From NCBI GenBank assembly GCA_038245905.1, contig JBBRRY010000003.1, forward strand, positions 1 to 64,000: a DNA stretch of 64,000 nt. Direction: 5' to 3'. The stretch is from Thermoanaerobaculia bacterium. Lineage in GTDB: Bacteria; Acidobacteriota; Thermoanaerobaculia; UBA5066. The notes under the pieces were generated by a model, which was not told the DNA's origin, made no database searches, and saw only the letters and a list, made by a program, of their open reading frames with translations. Positions within the stretch are counted from its first letter, which is position 1, and each line of letters opens with the position of its first letter. A program made the position numbers and the translations under genes. Of the stretch, positions 43,604 to 53,370 are shown piece after piece.

Positions 43604-44917
43604 TCACCGAAACTGGGCCAGAAAGCCCGCCAGGAGCCGGTCGAGGACCGGGTCTTCCTCCCGCAACGCCGCGATTTTCCGGATGGCGTGGAGAGCCGTC
43701 GTGTGGTGTTTGTCGGAGAACAGGCGGCCAATTTCAGGAAGGGACAGCCCCGTGGCCTCTTTGAGGACGTACATCGTGACCTGCCGCGCGAAGACGATGG
43801 GACCTCTCTTCGTGCGCGCCCGAAGCTCTGCGGGCTTGAGACCATAGTGCGCACCGACGAGTTTCAGGATCTCGGCGGGAGACGTGGCGTGTTCCTCGGC
43901 GCGAAAGACGTCTCGGAGGGCCTCCCGCCCGAGGTCGAGCGAGATCGGCTCGCCCTTTAGGGAGGCGAACGCGACGACGCGGTTGAAATACCCCTCCAGC
44001 TCCCGGATCGACGACTTGATCTTCCCCGCCAGGAAGAACGCGACGTCGTCCTCGAGGACGACCTGGTTGGCCTCGGCTTTCTGCCTCAGGATCGCGACCT
44101 TCGTCTCGAAGTCGGGCAGCTGGACGTCCACGATGAGGCCGCCCTCGAACCGGCTCTTAAGACGATCCGTGAGGCCCGGGATCTCGCGGGGCGGGACGTC
44201 GGAGGAGAAGACGATCTGGTTCCCCTCGTCATACAGCGCGTTGAACGTATGGAAGAGCTCGTTCTCCGATGCCTCCTTCCCGACGACGAACTGCACGTCG
44301 TCGAGGAGCAGGATGTCCGCGGCACGGAAGCGCTGCCGCAGGCTTTCCATCTTGTTAAACCGCACGCCGAGGACAACCTCGTTGACGAAGTTCTCGGAGG
44401 TCAGGTAGACGACTTTCTCGCCAGGCCGGCGCGAGAGCCGGCGGTGGCCGATCGCCTGCATGAGGTGCGTCTTGCCGAGGCCGGTCCCACCGCAGACGAA
44501 AAGCGGGTTGTACTGTCGGGAGGTCTGGTCCGCAACGCGGAGCGCCGCCGCGTGCGCGAGGCGGTTGGACTCGCCGGTCACGAAGTGCTCGAACGTGTAC
44601 GCGGGATTCAGCCCACCGGCCCGCCGGCGCGGCTCGGCGGGCACCTTCTGGGGGTTTACGGCGGAGCGGTAGTCTCCGTCGGCGCCGAATCGGATCTCCC
44701 GGTTACCTGCGCCAGCGAGGCGAGCCGCTTCGGCGATCTGCACGGCGTAGGCTTCGGGGATGTAGTCGACGAAGAGGGGAGTCCGGACCTGCACGAAAAT
44801 GGCATCGGGGGTCTCGGACTTCTGCCGCGAATCCCGGAACCAGGAGTCGAACTCGCGCTCGTCCACCCGCGTTTTCAGGTGCTCCAGAATCTTGGCCCAA
44901 GTCGATGTCTTTTCCAC
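43604..44917 (-). CDS. dnaA: Replication initiator DnaA
   Basis: LNP.YTF..FV.G.SN, YNPLF, GLGKTHL, DDVQF, IRELEG; GTG start with GGAG RBS. Confidence 0.98.
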   Translation of the reverse strand: MEKTSTWAKILEHLKTRVDEREFDSWFRDSRQKSETPDAIFVQVRTPLFVDYIPEAYAVQIAEAARLAGAGNREIRFGADGDYRSAVNPQKVPAEPRRRAGGLNPAYTFEHFVTGESNRLAHAAALRVADQTSRQYNPLFVCGGTGLGKTHLMQAIGHRRLSRRPGEKVVYLTSENFVNEVVLGVRFNKMESLRQRFRAADILLLDDVQFVVGKEASENELFHTFNALYDEGNQIVFSSDVPPREIPGLTDRLKSRFEGGLIVDVQLPDFETKVAILRQKAEANQVVLEDDVAFFLAGKIKSSIRELEGYFNRVVAFASLKGEPISLDLGREALRDVFRAEEHATSPAEILKLVGAHYGLKPAELRARTKRGPIVFARQVTMYVLKEATGLSLPEIGRLFSDKHHTTALHAIRKIAALREEDPVLDRLLAGFLAQFR

Positions 44918-44940
44918 AGGATCTCCACCGCTGTGCATAT
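44910..44940. promoter_or_regulatory. DnaA-box-like sites at the dnaA start (possible autoregulation)
   Basis: TTTTCCACA (44910-18) overlaps the start codon; TGTGCATAT (44932-40). Confidence 0.55.
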
Positions 44941-45002
44941 CGGGCGTTACGGAGGGGAGGCCGATGGTATCAGCGCGCCTTCGGGGCGGGAAGGGGGCGC
45001 GG

Positions 45003-45031
45003 TTGACAGGAAGAGCTTGACCCCCGAGAAT
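45003..45031 (+). promoter_or_regulatory. Sigma-70 promoter of rpmH
   Basis: TTGACA-N17-GAGAAT. Confidence 0.6.
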
Positions 45032-45060
45032 CCCCGTCCCCCTCGGAGGGATTGCGCACC

Positions 45061-45204
45061 ATGTCCAAGACAAAACGCACGTTTCAGCCCAACAACCGTC
45101 ACCGAAGCAGGACCCACGGGTTCCTGGTCCGGATGAGATCCAAGTCGGGTCGTGCCGTCCTGGCCCGCCGCCGGGCGAAAGGGCGCAAGCGCATCTCCGC
45201 CTGA
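45061..45204 (+). CDS. rpmH: 50S ribosomal protein L34 (not in the ORF track)
   Basis: [47 protein letters not shown]; GGAGG RBS. Confidence 0.97.
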   Translation: MSKTKRTFQPNNRHRSRTHGFLVRMRSKSGRAVLARRRAKGRKRISA

Positions 45205-45257
45205 GCGGGGAGGCGTCACCGGATTCGCCGCCAACACCGCGGCTTCCGGCCGGTTCC

Positions 45258-45698
45258 ATGCACGAACGGGACATCACCGCGCCCGCTCCGCCGGGGAGCG
45301 AGGCCTTCCCGCGGGCCAGCCGCATCGGGGCCCGCCGGGATTTTCGCGAGGCTTACGAAAACGGCGCGAAACAGCACGGCCGCCTCGTGGCCGTCTTCGC
45401 GCGACCTCGGCCCGAGGGGGGGCTCCGGCTCGGCATCACGGCCACCCGCAAATCGGGCGGCGCCGTCCTGCGCAATCGGGCCCGGCGTCGGGTGCGCGAG
45501 ATCTTTCGAAGGTGGCGGGCGGCCGCGCCCGACAAGGCCGCCATGGACCTCGTCGTGAACATCTCCGCGCGCGCCACCCGAGCGCCCTACGTCGCGCTAC
45601 GGGCAGAGGTCGCGGGACTTCTGGGGCGCGCGACGACGGCGGGGTCGAAAGCAGCTCTCTCGAAAGCAGCCCAATCGCGAACGGCCGAAACGAAATGA
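45258..45698 (+). CDS. rnpA: Ribonuclease P protein component
   Basis: RLGIT..RK.G.AV.RNR.RR..RE..R. Confidence 0.93.
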   Translation: MHERDITAPAPPGSEAFPRASRIGARRDFREAYENGAKQHGRLVAVFARPRPEGGLRLGITATRKSGGAVLRNRARRRVREIFRRWRAAAPDKAAMDLVVNISARATRAPYVALRAEVAGLLGRATTAGSKAALSKAAQSRTAETK

Positions 45699-45931
45699 GC
45701 GCGGCCCCGATCGCTCCGGGCTCCGCCCGCGTCGTCGCCGGAGTCTTCGACGCCTACAAACGGTTCGTCTCTCCCCTCTTGCCGCCGGCGTGCCGGTTTA
45801 CGCCCACGTGCTCGGAGTATGCGCGCGAAGCCGTCACTCGCCACGGCGTCGGTCGGGGACTCTCGCTCGCCGCGAGGCGGCTCGCGCGGTGCCACCCGTT
45901 CCACGCGGGCGGCTCCGACCCCGTTCCCTGA
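45695..45931 (+). CDS. yidD: Membrane protein insertion efficiency factor YidD
   Basis: [21 protein letters not shown]...RCHPF..GG.DPVP. Confidence 0.95.
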   Translation: MSAAPIAPGSARVVAGVFDAYKRFVSPLLPPACRFTPTCSEYAREAVTRHGVGRGLSLAARRLARCHPFHAGGSDPVP

Positions 45932-45949
45932 TTCGCCAGAGGAGATCCC

Positions 45950-47656
45950 TTGGAAACCAAGCGTCTCGTCATCGCCTTCGCCCTGTCGGCCGCCGTTCTG
46001 ATCGGCTGGACGATCGTTTTCCCGCCCGCGAAGCCGCCGCAACCCGCGGCCCGGCCTGTCCAGCCGGCCGCGGCAAGCGCCACGACGAACGCGCCGACGA
46101 GTGCCGCGACGAGCACCTCGGGGGTGCCCGGGGCCTCCGCGCTGGCGGCGGCCCCGGGCGTCGCCACGAGCCCGGCCGTGTCGCCCGGGCCCGTGTCGCC
46201 CGTTTCTGCGGGGGCGGAGGAAATCGTCGAGGTCCGGAGCCCGCTCTACACGGCGCGCCTCTCGAACGAGGGCGGCGTCCTGAAGTCGTTCGTCCTCACG
46301 CAGCACCGTGATGGCGCGGGGAAGGCGCTCGACCTCGTCCGCCAGGGAGCGCCGTTTCCGGGTGCGACCCTCGCGCTAGATCCCGCGGACGCGTTTCTCT
46401 CGCGGGCCGCAAAGGCCCGGTTTGCGGTCGAAAAGGAGAGCGGAAACGGCGTCACCACGGTCCGTTTCCAATACCGCGAGTCGAGCGGAGACGGCGTTCG
46501 GCGCACGTACGTATTCCGCGATTCCTATGTCATCGCCGTCAAGGCCGAGCGCGAGGGCGCCGCGGGCCCGGTGGGTCTCGTCCTCGGACCCGGCCTGGGA
46601 AATCCATCCGGCGAGGAGCTCGCAAGCCGCTACACGAAGCCGGGCGCCACGATCACGCTCAGCGCGACGGCCTCGGTCGACCGCAAGGCGAAGGACGGGC
46701 TGAAGGAAGCCGAGGCCAGGGGCGCCGGTCTCATCGCCGCCGGGCTCGAGGACAACTATTTCCTGACCGCGTTCCTTCCGTCCGGGAGCGCCGCCGTGAC
46801 GCTGCGGCCCGTGACCCTTTCGGCGGGGCCCGCCGGACCCGATGGCAAGCCTACGGCGCCCGACGCCGAGAGCGAGGTCGTCCTGTCGGCGCCGGGCGTC
46901 GTCGCGACGGACGTCTTTTTCGGCCCGAAGGAGCTCGCCGTCCTCGAGAAGACGCGGCCCGGCATGGACCGCCTCATCGACTACGGGTGGTACGCCATCC
47001 TCGTGAAACCTCTGCTGTGGGGCCTCAAGGCGATTCACAAGGTCGTCGGAAACTGGGGCGTCGCCATTCTCCTCATCACGGTCGTCATCAAGGTCCTGCT
47101 GTATCCGCTCACGCACAAGCAGCTGGTCTCGATGAAGAAGATGAGCGTGCTCCAGCCGAAGGTCGAGACGATCCGCCAGAAGTGGTCGGGAAAGGTCAAA
47201 CAGGATCCGCAGGCCCGCGTCAAGATGAACGAGGAGATGATGGCCCTCTACAAGCAGGAGGGCGTCAATCCAGCGGGCGGGTGCCTGCCGCTCCTCCTGC
47301 AGATGCCCATTCTCGTGGCGTTCTACAACCTCCTCGCGCACTCGATCGAGCTCCGACACGCGCCCTTCATGCTCTGGATCACGGACCTTTCTTCGAAGGA
47401 CCCTTACTACGTCACCCCGATCCTGATGACCGCCACGATGTGGCTCCAGCAGCAGATGACGCCGACCGGCGGCGATCCGACGATGCGGCGCGTGCAGAAC
47501 ATCATGCCGCTCGTCATGGGGTTCCTCTTCAAGGACGTCCCGTCCGGCCTCGTCCTCTACTGGCTGATGCAGAACATTCTCACGATCGGACAGCAGATGC
47601 TCCTCAACAAATTCACCGACCTCGGCCCGGCCTCGATGAAGCCGAAGGCCACCTGA
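45950..47656 (+). CDS. yidC: Membrane protein insertase YidC
   Basis: DYGW, NWGVAII, GGCLPLLLQMPI, GLVLYW. Confidence 0.96.
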   Translation: METKRLVIAFALSAAVLIGWTIVFPPAKPPQPAARPVQPAAASATTNAPTSAATSTSGVPGASALAAAPGVATSPAVSPGPVSPVSAGAEEIVEVRSPLYTARLSNEGGVLKSFVLTQHRDGAGKALDLVRQGAPFPGATLALDPADAFLSRAAKARFAVEKESGNGVTTVRFQYRESSGDGVRRTYVFRDSYVIAVKAEREGAAGPVGLVLGPGLGNPSGEELASRYTKPGATITLSATASVDRKAKDGLKEAEARGAGLIAAGLEDNYFLTAFLPSGSAAVTLRPVTLSAGPAGPDGKPTAPDAESEVVLSAPGVVATDVFFGPKELAVLEKTRPGMDRLIDYGWYAILVKPLLWGLKAIHKVVGNWGVAILLITVVIKVLLYPLTHKQLVSMKKMSVLQPKVETIRQKWSGKVKQDPQARVKMNEEMMALYKQEGVNPAGGCLPLLLQMPILVAFYNLLAHSIELRHAPFMLWITDLSSKDPYYVTPILMTATMWLQQQMTPTGGDPTMRRVQNIMPLVMGFLFKDVPSGLVLYWLMQNILTIGQQMLLNKFTDLGPASMKPKAT

Positions 47657-47681
47657 CGTCCCGCGGGGCGGGCAATCCGCA

Positions 47682-49121
47682 ATGGCACCGCTCGTGGCGG
47701 ACCCGGACCGCGAGGGCGACGTGCTCGTCGCCCCCGCGACGCCTTCGGGCACCTCGGCGCTCGCCGTCGTCCGCCTGACGGGCCCCGCGGGCGAGACGCG
47801 CCGGGTCGCGCGGCAAATCGCGCGACGTTTCCCCGAGGACCCACGCCCGCGCGAGGCGGCGCTGCATCTCCTCGTTGGGGAGGATGGCAAGCCTCTCGAC
47901 CGCGCGCTCGTTCTCTTTTTCCCGGCCCCGCACTCTTCGACCGGAGAAGAAGTGGTCGAGTTCATCTGCCATGGGTCTCCCGCGATCGTGGCGGGACTTC
48001 TCGCGGCGGCGCGCGCCGCGGGCGCGCGGCCGGCTGCGCGGGGAGAGTTCACGCGCCGCGCCCTCCTGAACGGCAAGCTGGATCTGGCCGAAGCGGAAGG
48101 AGTCGCCGCGCTCGCGGCGGCGGAGAGCCGGGGGGCGGCGCGGCGCGCCCTCTCTCTCGTGGAGGGGGACCTGTCCCGCCGCGTTGGCGCGGTCCGGGGG
48201 TCGATCCTGGACGTCCTCGCCGGTCTCGAGGCCGCGCTGGACTTCGCCGAGGACGTCCCGGCCGCGGACCTCAACGCGGCCGGCGAAGCGCTTGCGGCGG
48301 CCGCCCGCGAAGTGGAGGCCCTGGCGAGGACGGCGGCCCGCGGGGGCGAGCGTGATCGCCGCAAGACGATCGCGATTCTCGGCCGGCCGAACGCGGGGAA
48401 GTCGACGCTCTTCAACGCCCTCGTCGGGCGCGACCGCGCCATCGTCACGGCGGTGCCCGGGACGACGCGCGACGCCATCGCTGAATCCTGTGAGATCGGC
48501 GGCGAGACGGTGACGCTCCTCGACACGGCCGGGCTCCGGGCGACGGAAGACGAAGTCGAAAAGATCGGCGTCGCGGTGGCCGAAAGAGCGGGCGCGAGCG
48601 CGGACCTCGTCCTCTACGCGATCGACGCCGCGCGAGGGACGTCCGAAGAGGACGGGGAATTTCTGAGAAAGGGAAGAGGGGCGGGGATTATCGTCGTGAA
48701 GACAAAGGGGGATCTTGTCGGCGCCCACGCCGCGTCGCCCGCGCATGCCGAAGCGGCGCCTCCGGTAATCCCTTTCAAAGAAAATCTCTCTTCCTCTTCC
48801 TCGCCCTCTTTCTGCGAACTCTCCGTATCCGCCCTCACCGGCGCCGGAGTCGAGGCGCTGCGTGCGGAGATGGCCGCGCGCCTCTCTCTCGTCGAGGCGG
48901 ACGGAGAGCTGCTCGTCCTCGAACGGCATCGCGAGGCGCTCTTGTCCGCGGCGGCGCTCCTCCAGGAGGCGGCGGAGCTCGCACGGCGCGCGCCCGCCGA
49001 ACCCGAGCTCGTCGCGGCGCGCGTCCGCGAGGCGCTCGCGGCGCTGGGGGCGATCACGGGCGAAACGGCGACCGAAGAGCTCCTGGATCGCATCTTCGCG
49101 GTGTTCTGCGTGGGCAAGTAA
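47682..49121 (+). CDS. mnmE: tRNA modification GTPase MnmE
   Basis: GRPNAGKS, GTTRD, DTAG, C-terminal FCVGK. Confidence 0.95.
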   Translation: MAPLVADPDREGDVLVAPATPSGTSALAVVRLTGPAGETRRVARQIARRFPEDPRPREAALHLLVGEDGKPLDRALVLFFPAPHSSTGEEVVEFICHGSPAIVAGLLAAARAAGARPAARGEFTRRALLNGKLDLAEAEGVAALAAAESRGAARRALSLVEGDLSRRVGAVRGSILDVLAGLEAALDFAEDVPAADLNAAGEALAAAAREVEALARTAARGGERDRRKTIAILGRPNAGKSTLFNALVGRDRAIVTAVPGTTRDAIAESCEIGGETVTLLDTAGLRATEDEVEKIGVAVAERAGASADLVLYAIDAARGTSEEDGEFLRKGRGAGIIVVKTKGDLVGAHAASPAHAEAAPPVIPFKENLSSSSSPSFCELSVSALTGAGVEALRAEMAARLSLVEADGELLVLERHREALLSAAALLQEAAELARRAPAEPELVAARVREALAALGAITGETATEELLDRIFAVFCVGK

Positions 49122-49131
49122 AGTGGCGGGG

Positions 49132-51039
49132 ATGGAGACCCGGTGGGATGTCGTCGTGGTCGGAGGCGGACACGCGGGCGCAGAGGCCGCGCTGGCGGCG
49201 GCACGCCTCGGAAGAAAGACCCTTCTCCTGACACGCGAGCTGGCCACGATCGGACGCATGAGCTGCAACCCGGCGATCGGCGGCCTGGCGAAGGGGCAGG
49301 TCGTCCGCGAGATCGACGCCCTCGGGGGAGCCATGGGGCTCGTCGCGGACCGGACGGCGATCCAGTTCAAGGTGCTCAACGGGTCGCGTGGAACCGCCGT
49401 GCGCGGCCCAAGGTGTCAATCAGACAAGGCACTCTACGCAGCAGAGTTGTCGCGAGTGCTCGGCGCGGCCAAGAACGTCACGCTCGGAGAGGGCGTGGTC
49501 GCCGGGTTCCTCGTTCGGGACGGGCGGCTCTGCGGGCTGACGCTGGAGGACGGTTCGACGCTCGCCTGCGGCGCCGCGGTCGTGACGACAGGGACGTTTC
49601 TTCGCGGCCTCGTGCACGTGGGAGACGTGCGGCGGGAGGCCGGGCGGTGGAACGAGCCGCCGGCGCGCGCGTTGTCTCTCGCCTTCTCCCGCCTCGGTCT
49701 CCGCCTCGGCCGAATGAAGACGGGAACGCCGCCGCGCGTGCGCGCGGGCACGGCCGACCTCACGAAGATGACGCGTGCGCCGGGCGACGAGAAACCGGTC
49801 GCCTTCTCGTTCCGGTCGCGCCAGGAGACGTTCCCGCGGCAAAGGCAGGTGGACTGCTGGCTCACGCACACGGACGAGGCCGTGCACGACCTGATCCGCG
49901 AAAGCCTGCACCTCTCGCCCCTCTACTCCGGCCGGATCGTGGGCCGCGGGCCACGCTACTGCCCTTCGATCGAGGACAAGGTCGTCCGCTTCCGGGACAA
50001 GCCGAGGCATCAGATTTTCGTCGAGCCGGAGGGCCTCACGACCGACTGGCTCTACCTCAACGGTCTGTCGATGTCGCTGCCGGAGAAGACCCAGGAGTCG
50101 ATCGTGAGGATGATCCCCGGCCTCGAGCGGGCCGAGATCCTCCGGCCGGCGTACGCCGTCGAGTACGACATGGTCTTTCCCGAGCAGCTCGACGTTTCGC
50201 TCGAGACGCGTGCCCTTCCGGGGCTCTTCCTCGCGGGACAGATCAACGGCACGTCCGGATACGAGGAGGCGGCGGGGCAGGGCCTCGTCGCGGGCACGAA
50301 CGCGGCGCGGGCCGTGACGGGCGACGCGCCGCTCCACCTCGGCAGGCACGAGGCCTATATCGGCGTCATGCTCGACGACCTCGTCACGCTCGGCCTCGAC
50401 GAGCCCTATCGCCTCCTGACCTCCCGCGCCGAACATCGCCTGCTTCTCGGGGCGGATACTGCCTATGCGCGGCTCACCGGGATCGCGCTCGACTTCGGCC
50501 TCGTGAGCGAGCGCGAGGCCGCACCGGTGCTCGAGGCGGAGGCGCGGGTCGCGCGTGTAAGTGGTGCCCTGAATGCCGCGCGCGTGAGGCCGGACCGCAC
50601 CACGAAGGAGCGGCTCGCCGCGCGCGGGGTGAGTCTCGTGGAAGAGACGACGCTCGGGGGGCTTCTGCGCCGGCCCGGCGCCACACTCGAAGCGATCGAG
50701 GAGCTCTCTGCCGAGATGCTCGACGACGGAGCCTCGAGAGACCTCGCCGCGCTCAGGCCCGAGGAGCTGGACCGGCTCGTCGCGGACCTCCGTTACGAGG
50801 GCTTCATCCAGCGCGAGCGCGACGCGGTGGCCCGCGTCACGCGCTCCCTGGGGCGTGTCTTTCCGGACGGTTTCGTGTTCGCGGGGCTTCCCGGGTTGTC
50901 CGTCGAGGCGGCGGAGAAGCTCGAACGGCACCGTCCGCGCACGCTCGGACAGGCGTCGCGCCTCGCCGGCGTGACACCTGCCGCCGTGACGCTTCTGCTC
51001 GCGAGGCTCGTCGCCGCGGGGCGAAAGGCTGCCGCGTGA
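49132..51039 (+). CDS. mnmG: tRNA uridine-5-carboxymethylaminomethyl(34) synthesis enzyme MnmG
   Basis: GGGHAG, MSCNPAIGG, KTGTPPR, GPRYCPSIEDK, AGQINGTSGYEEA. Confidence 0.97.
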   Translation: METRWDVVVVGGGHAGAEAALAAARLGRKTLLLTRELATIGRMSCNPAIGGLAKGQVVREIDALGGAMGLVADRTAIQFKVLNGSRGTAVRGPRCQSDKALYAAELSRVLGAAKNVTLGEGVVAGFLVRDGRLCGLTLEDGSTLACGAAVVTTGTFLRGLVHVGDVRREAGRWNEPPARALSLAFSRLGLRLGRMKTGTPPRVRAGTADLTKMTRAPGDEKPVAFSFRSRQETFPRQRQVDCWLTHTDEAVHDLIRESLHLSPLYSGRIVGRGPRYCPSIEDKVVRFRDKPRHQIFVEPEGLTTDWLYLNGLSMSLPEKTQESIVRMIPGLERAEILRPAYAVEYDMVFPEQLDVSLETRALPGLFLAGQINGTSGYEEAAGQGLVAGTNAARAVTGDAPLHLGRHEAYIGVMLDDLVTLGLDEPYRLLTSRAEHRLLLGADTAYARLTGIALDFGLVSEREAAPVLEAEARVARVSGALNAARVRPDRTTKERLAARGVSLVEETTLGGLLRRPGATLEAIEELSAEMLDDGASRDLAALRPEELDRLVADLRYEGFIQRERDAVARVTRSLGRVFPDGFVFAGLPGLSVEAAEKLERHRPRTLGQASRLAGVTPAAVTLLLARLVAAGRKAAA

Positions 51040-51704
51040 GCGGCCTGACGGGCGCCGGGCTCGACGACCGCGTCCACGCCGTTATCCATCGGGTTCCCGA
51101 GGAGGAGCGCGCGGCAGTTGCGAACGCCGCCGACCGCCTCGCGGAGTTTCTTTCGATCCTGCTCGAGAAGAACGAGACGATGAACCTCGTTTCCGCGCGT
51201 TCCGCGGACCCCGGAGTTCTCGTGGAGACGCATCTCTTCGATGCGCTGCTCGGCCTCGCGCTGCTGCCGAGGCCGCACGGCGGCGTCGTTCGTCTTCTCG
51301 ATCTCGGCTCCGGAGGAGGATTTCCCGCGATTCCGCTCTTGATCGTCCGGCCCGATCTCGTGGGAACTCTCGTCGAATCGTCCCGCAAGAAGGCGGCGTA
51401 TCTCGACGGAGCGCTCGACCGGCTCGCGTTGACCGCCCGGTCCGTGAACGCTAGATTCCCGGATTCGTTTCCCATGGAGGAAGCCAGGCGGTTCGACGTG
51501 CTGACGACCCGCGCCGTGGGCTCGGCGGGGAAGCTCGTCAACGCCGCGCGGCCCATCCTCGCTCCCGGCGCGCGTGCCCTTCTCTGGACGACGCGGCCGC
51601 TCTCGGACGAGGCGCGCGAAGCGAGCCGGGCGAAGAAACAGGCGTTCCACCCCGCCCCCGGGGCGGACCTCCGCGGCATCCTCTCACTCGAGTGTTTCAC
51701 GTGA
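51036..51704 (+). CDS. rsmG: 16S rRNA m7G527 methyltransferase RsmG
   Basis: N..MNL, H..D, DLGSGGGFPAIPL, VES..KK, TRAV. Confidence 0.93.
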   Translation: MSGLTGAGLDDRVHAVIHRVPEEERAAVANAADRLAEFLSILLEKNETMNLVSARSADPGVLVETHLFDALLGLALLPRPHGGVVRLLDLGSGGGFPAIPLLIVRPDLVGTLVESSRKKAAYLDGALDRLALTARSVNARFPDSFPMEEARRFDVLTTRAVGSAGKLVNAARPILAPGARALLWTTRPLSDEAREASRAKKQAFHPAPGADLRGILSLECFT

Positions 51705-51708
51705 AACA
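51693..51708. promoter_or_regulatory. parS: parS centromere site
   Basis: Perfect TGTTTCACGTGAAACA palindrome next to parAB. Confidence 0.95.
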
Positions 51709-52483
51709 TTCCCGCGGGAGAGCCCGCGTTCTCGCCATCGCGAACCAGAAGGGCGGGGTCGGCAAGACGACGACGGCGATCAGTCTGGCGGCGGCGCTCG
51801 CGGTCCTGGAACGACCGGTTCTGCTCGTGGATTTCGACCCGCAGGGGAACGCCACGTCAGGCCTCGGGGTGGACAAGACCACCCTCTCCCGCACCGTCTA
51901 CGATTGGATCGGCGGGGAAGCGGCGTTTGAAGAAGTCGCCCGCGATACCGACCTCGGGCACCTGACGCTCGTTCCGTCCAACCGTGAGCTCGTCGGTGCC
52001 GAGGTGGAGCTCGTGAACCAGGAGAACCGCGAGCACCGGCTCGCGGGGAAGATCGAACCCTTGTGCGACCGTTTCGAATACATCCTCATCGACTGCCCGC
52101 CCTCGCTCTCTCTCCTCACCGTGAACGCGCTCGTCGCCGCGGACGGCGTCCTCGTCCCGATCCAGTGCGAATACTTCGCGCTCGAGGGCGTCACCGAGAT
52201 CCTCGCGACGATCGAACGCGTGAAGGAGAGCCTCAACCCGCGCCTCGCGCTTGCGGGCGTCGTCGCCACGATGTGGGACGAAAGGACGAATCTCTCCCGC
52301 CAGGTTCTTGAGGAAATCCGGAAGCACTTCGGGAAGCTGGTCTTCCAGAACGTCGTGCCGCGAAACGTGCGGCTCGGCGAGGCGCCTTCCTTCGGCAAGC
52401 CCATCCTCCTCTACGACGTGAAGTCGAAGGGAGCCGAGGCGTATCTCGGAATCGCACGGGAGCTTCTGAAGCGCGACGCGTGA
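51701..52483 (+). CDS. parA: Chromosome partitioning ATPase ParA/Soj
   Basis: ANQKGGVGKTT, DPQGNA, DCPPSL, QCEYFALEG, EAPSFG. Confidence 0.96.
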   Translation: MKHSRGRARVLAIANQKGGVGKTTTAISLAAALAVLERPVLLVDFDPQGNATSGLGVDKTTLSRTVYDWIGGEAAFEEVARDTDLGHLTLVPSNRELVGAEVELVNQENREHRLAGKIEPLCDRFEYILIDCPPSLSLLTVNALVAADGVLVPIQCEYFALEGVTEILATIERVKESLNPRLALAGVVATMWDERTNLSRQVLEEIRKHFGKLVFQNVVPRNVRLGEAPSFGKPILLYDVKSKGAEAYLGIARELLKRDA

Positions 52484-52507
52484 GGCCGGCTGCTAGGATC
52501 GTCCCCA

Positions 52508-53370
52508 TGGCGGCCTCCCGAAAAACGGCCCTCGGCAAGGGACTCTCGGCGCTCATTCCTTCGGCGCGGGCCGAAGGCGCGGGCCCGGGCCTGAAAATGG
52601 TCGGGCTCGATCTTCTCGACGCGAACAAGCGTCAGCCGCGGCACCGTTTCGACGACGCGGGCCTCGAAGAGCTCTCGAGGTCGATCCGTCGGACGGGAAT
52701 CCTGCAGCCCGTGCTCGTCACCAGGGAGGCCGGACGCTTCCGGATCGTCGCGGGCGAACGGCGCGTGCGCGCCGCGCGTCTCGCGGGGCTTTCCGAGGTG
52801 CCGGTGATCGTGCGCGAGGGCGTGACGGACCGCGACCATCTGCTCCTCGCGCTCGTCGAGAACGTCCAGCGCAAGGACCTCACGATCCTCGAAGAAGCGG
52901 AGGCATACCGGCACCTGAAGGACGACTTCGGCCTCACGCAGGAGGACGTCGCCGAGCGTGTGGGCAAGGATCGTGCGACGGTCGCGAACGCGCTCAGGCT
53001 GCTCAAGCTCGCCTTGCCGGTCCGTGAGCTCCTCGAGTCCGGCGGGCTCACGGCGGGACACGCGCGCGCCCTTCTCGGGCTGCCGTCGGCGGCGGACCAG
53101 GAGCAGCTCGCGAAAGAAGTCGTGCGGCGGGGACTCTCCGTCCGGGCCACCGAAACGCGCGTGAATGATCTTCAGAAGGGGAGCGCGAAGAAGAAGAAAG
53201 CCCGCGCGGTGGACGCCGACACGCGCGACGCGGAGCTCCGGCTCTCTCGCGCCCTTGGAACGCGAGTCGTCATCCAGAGGAAACGGCGCGGCGGCGAGGT
53301 CCGCATCTCGTTCTTCTCCGAGGAGGAGCTGATCGGCCTTTTCGAACGGATCTCCGGAGGCGCGCGATGA
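52508..53370 (+). CDS. parB: Chromosome partitioning protein ParB
   Basis: LGKGLSALI, QPR..F, AGERR.RA, ENVQR.DL, HTH. Confidence 0.96.
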
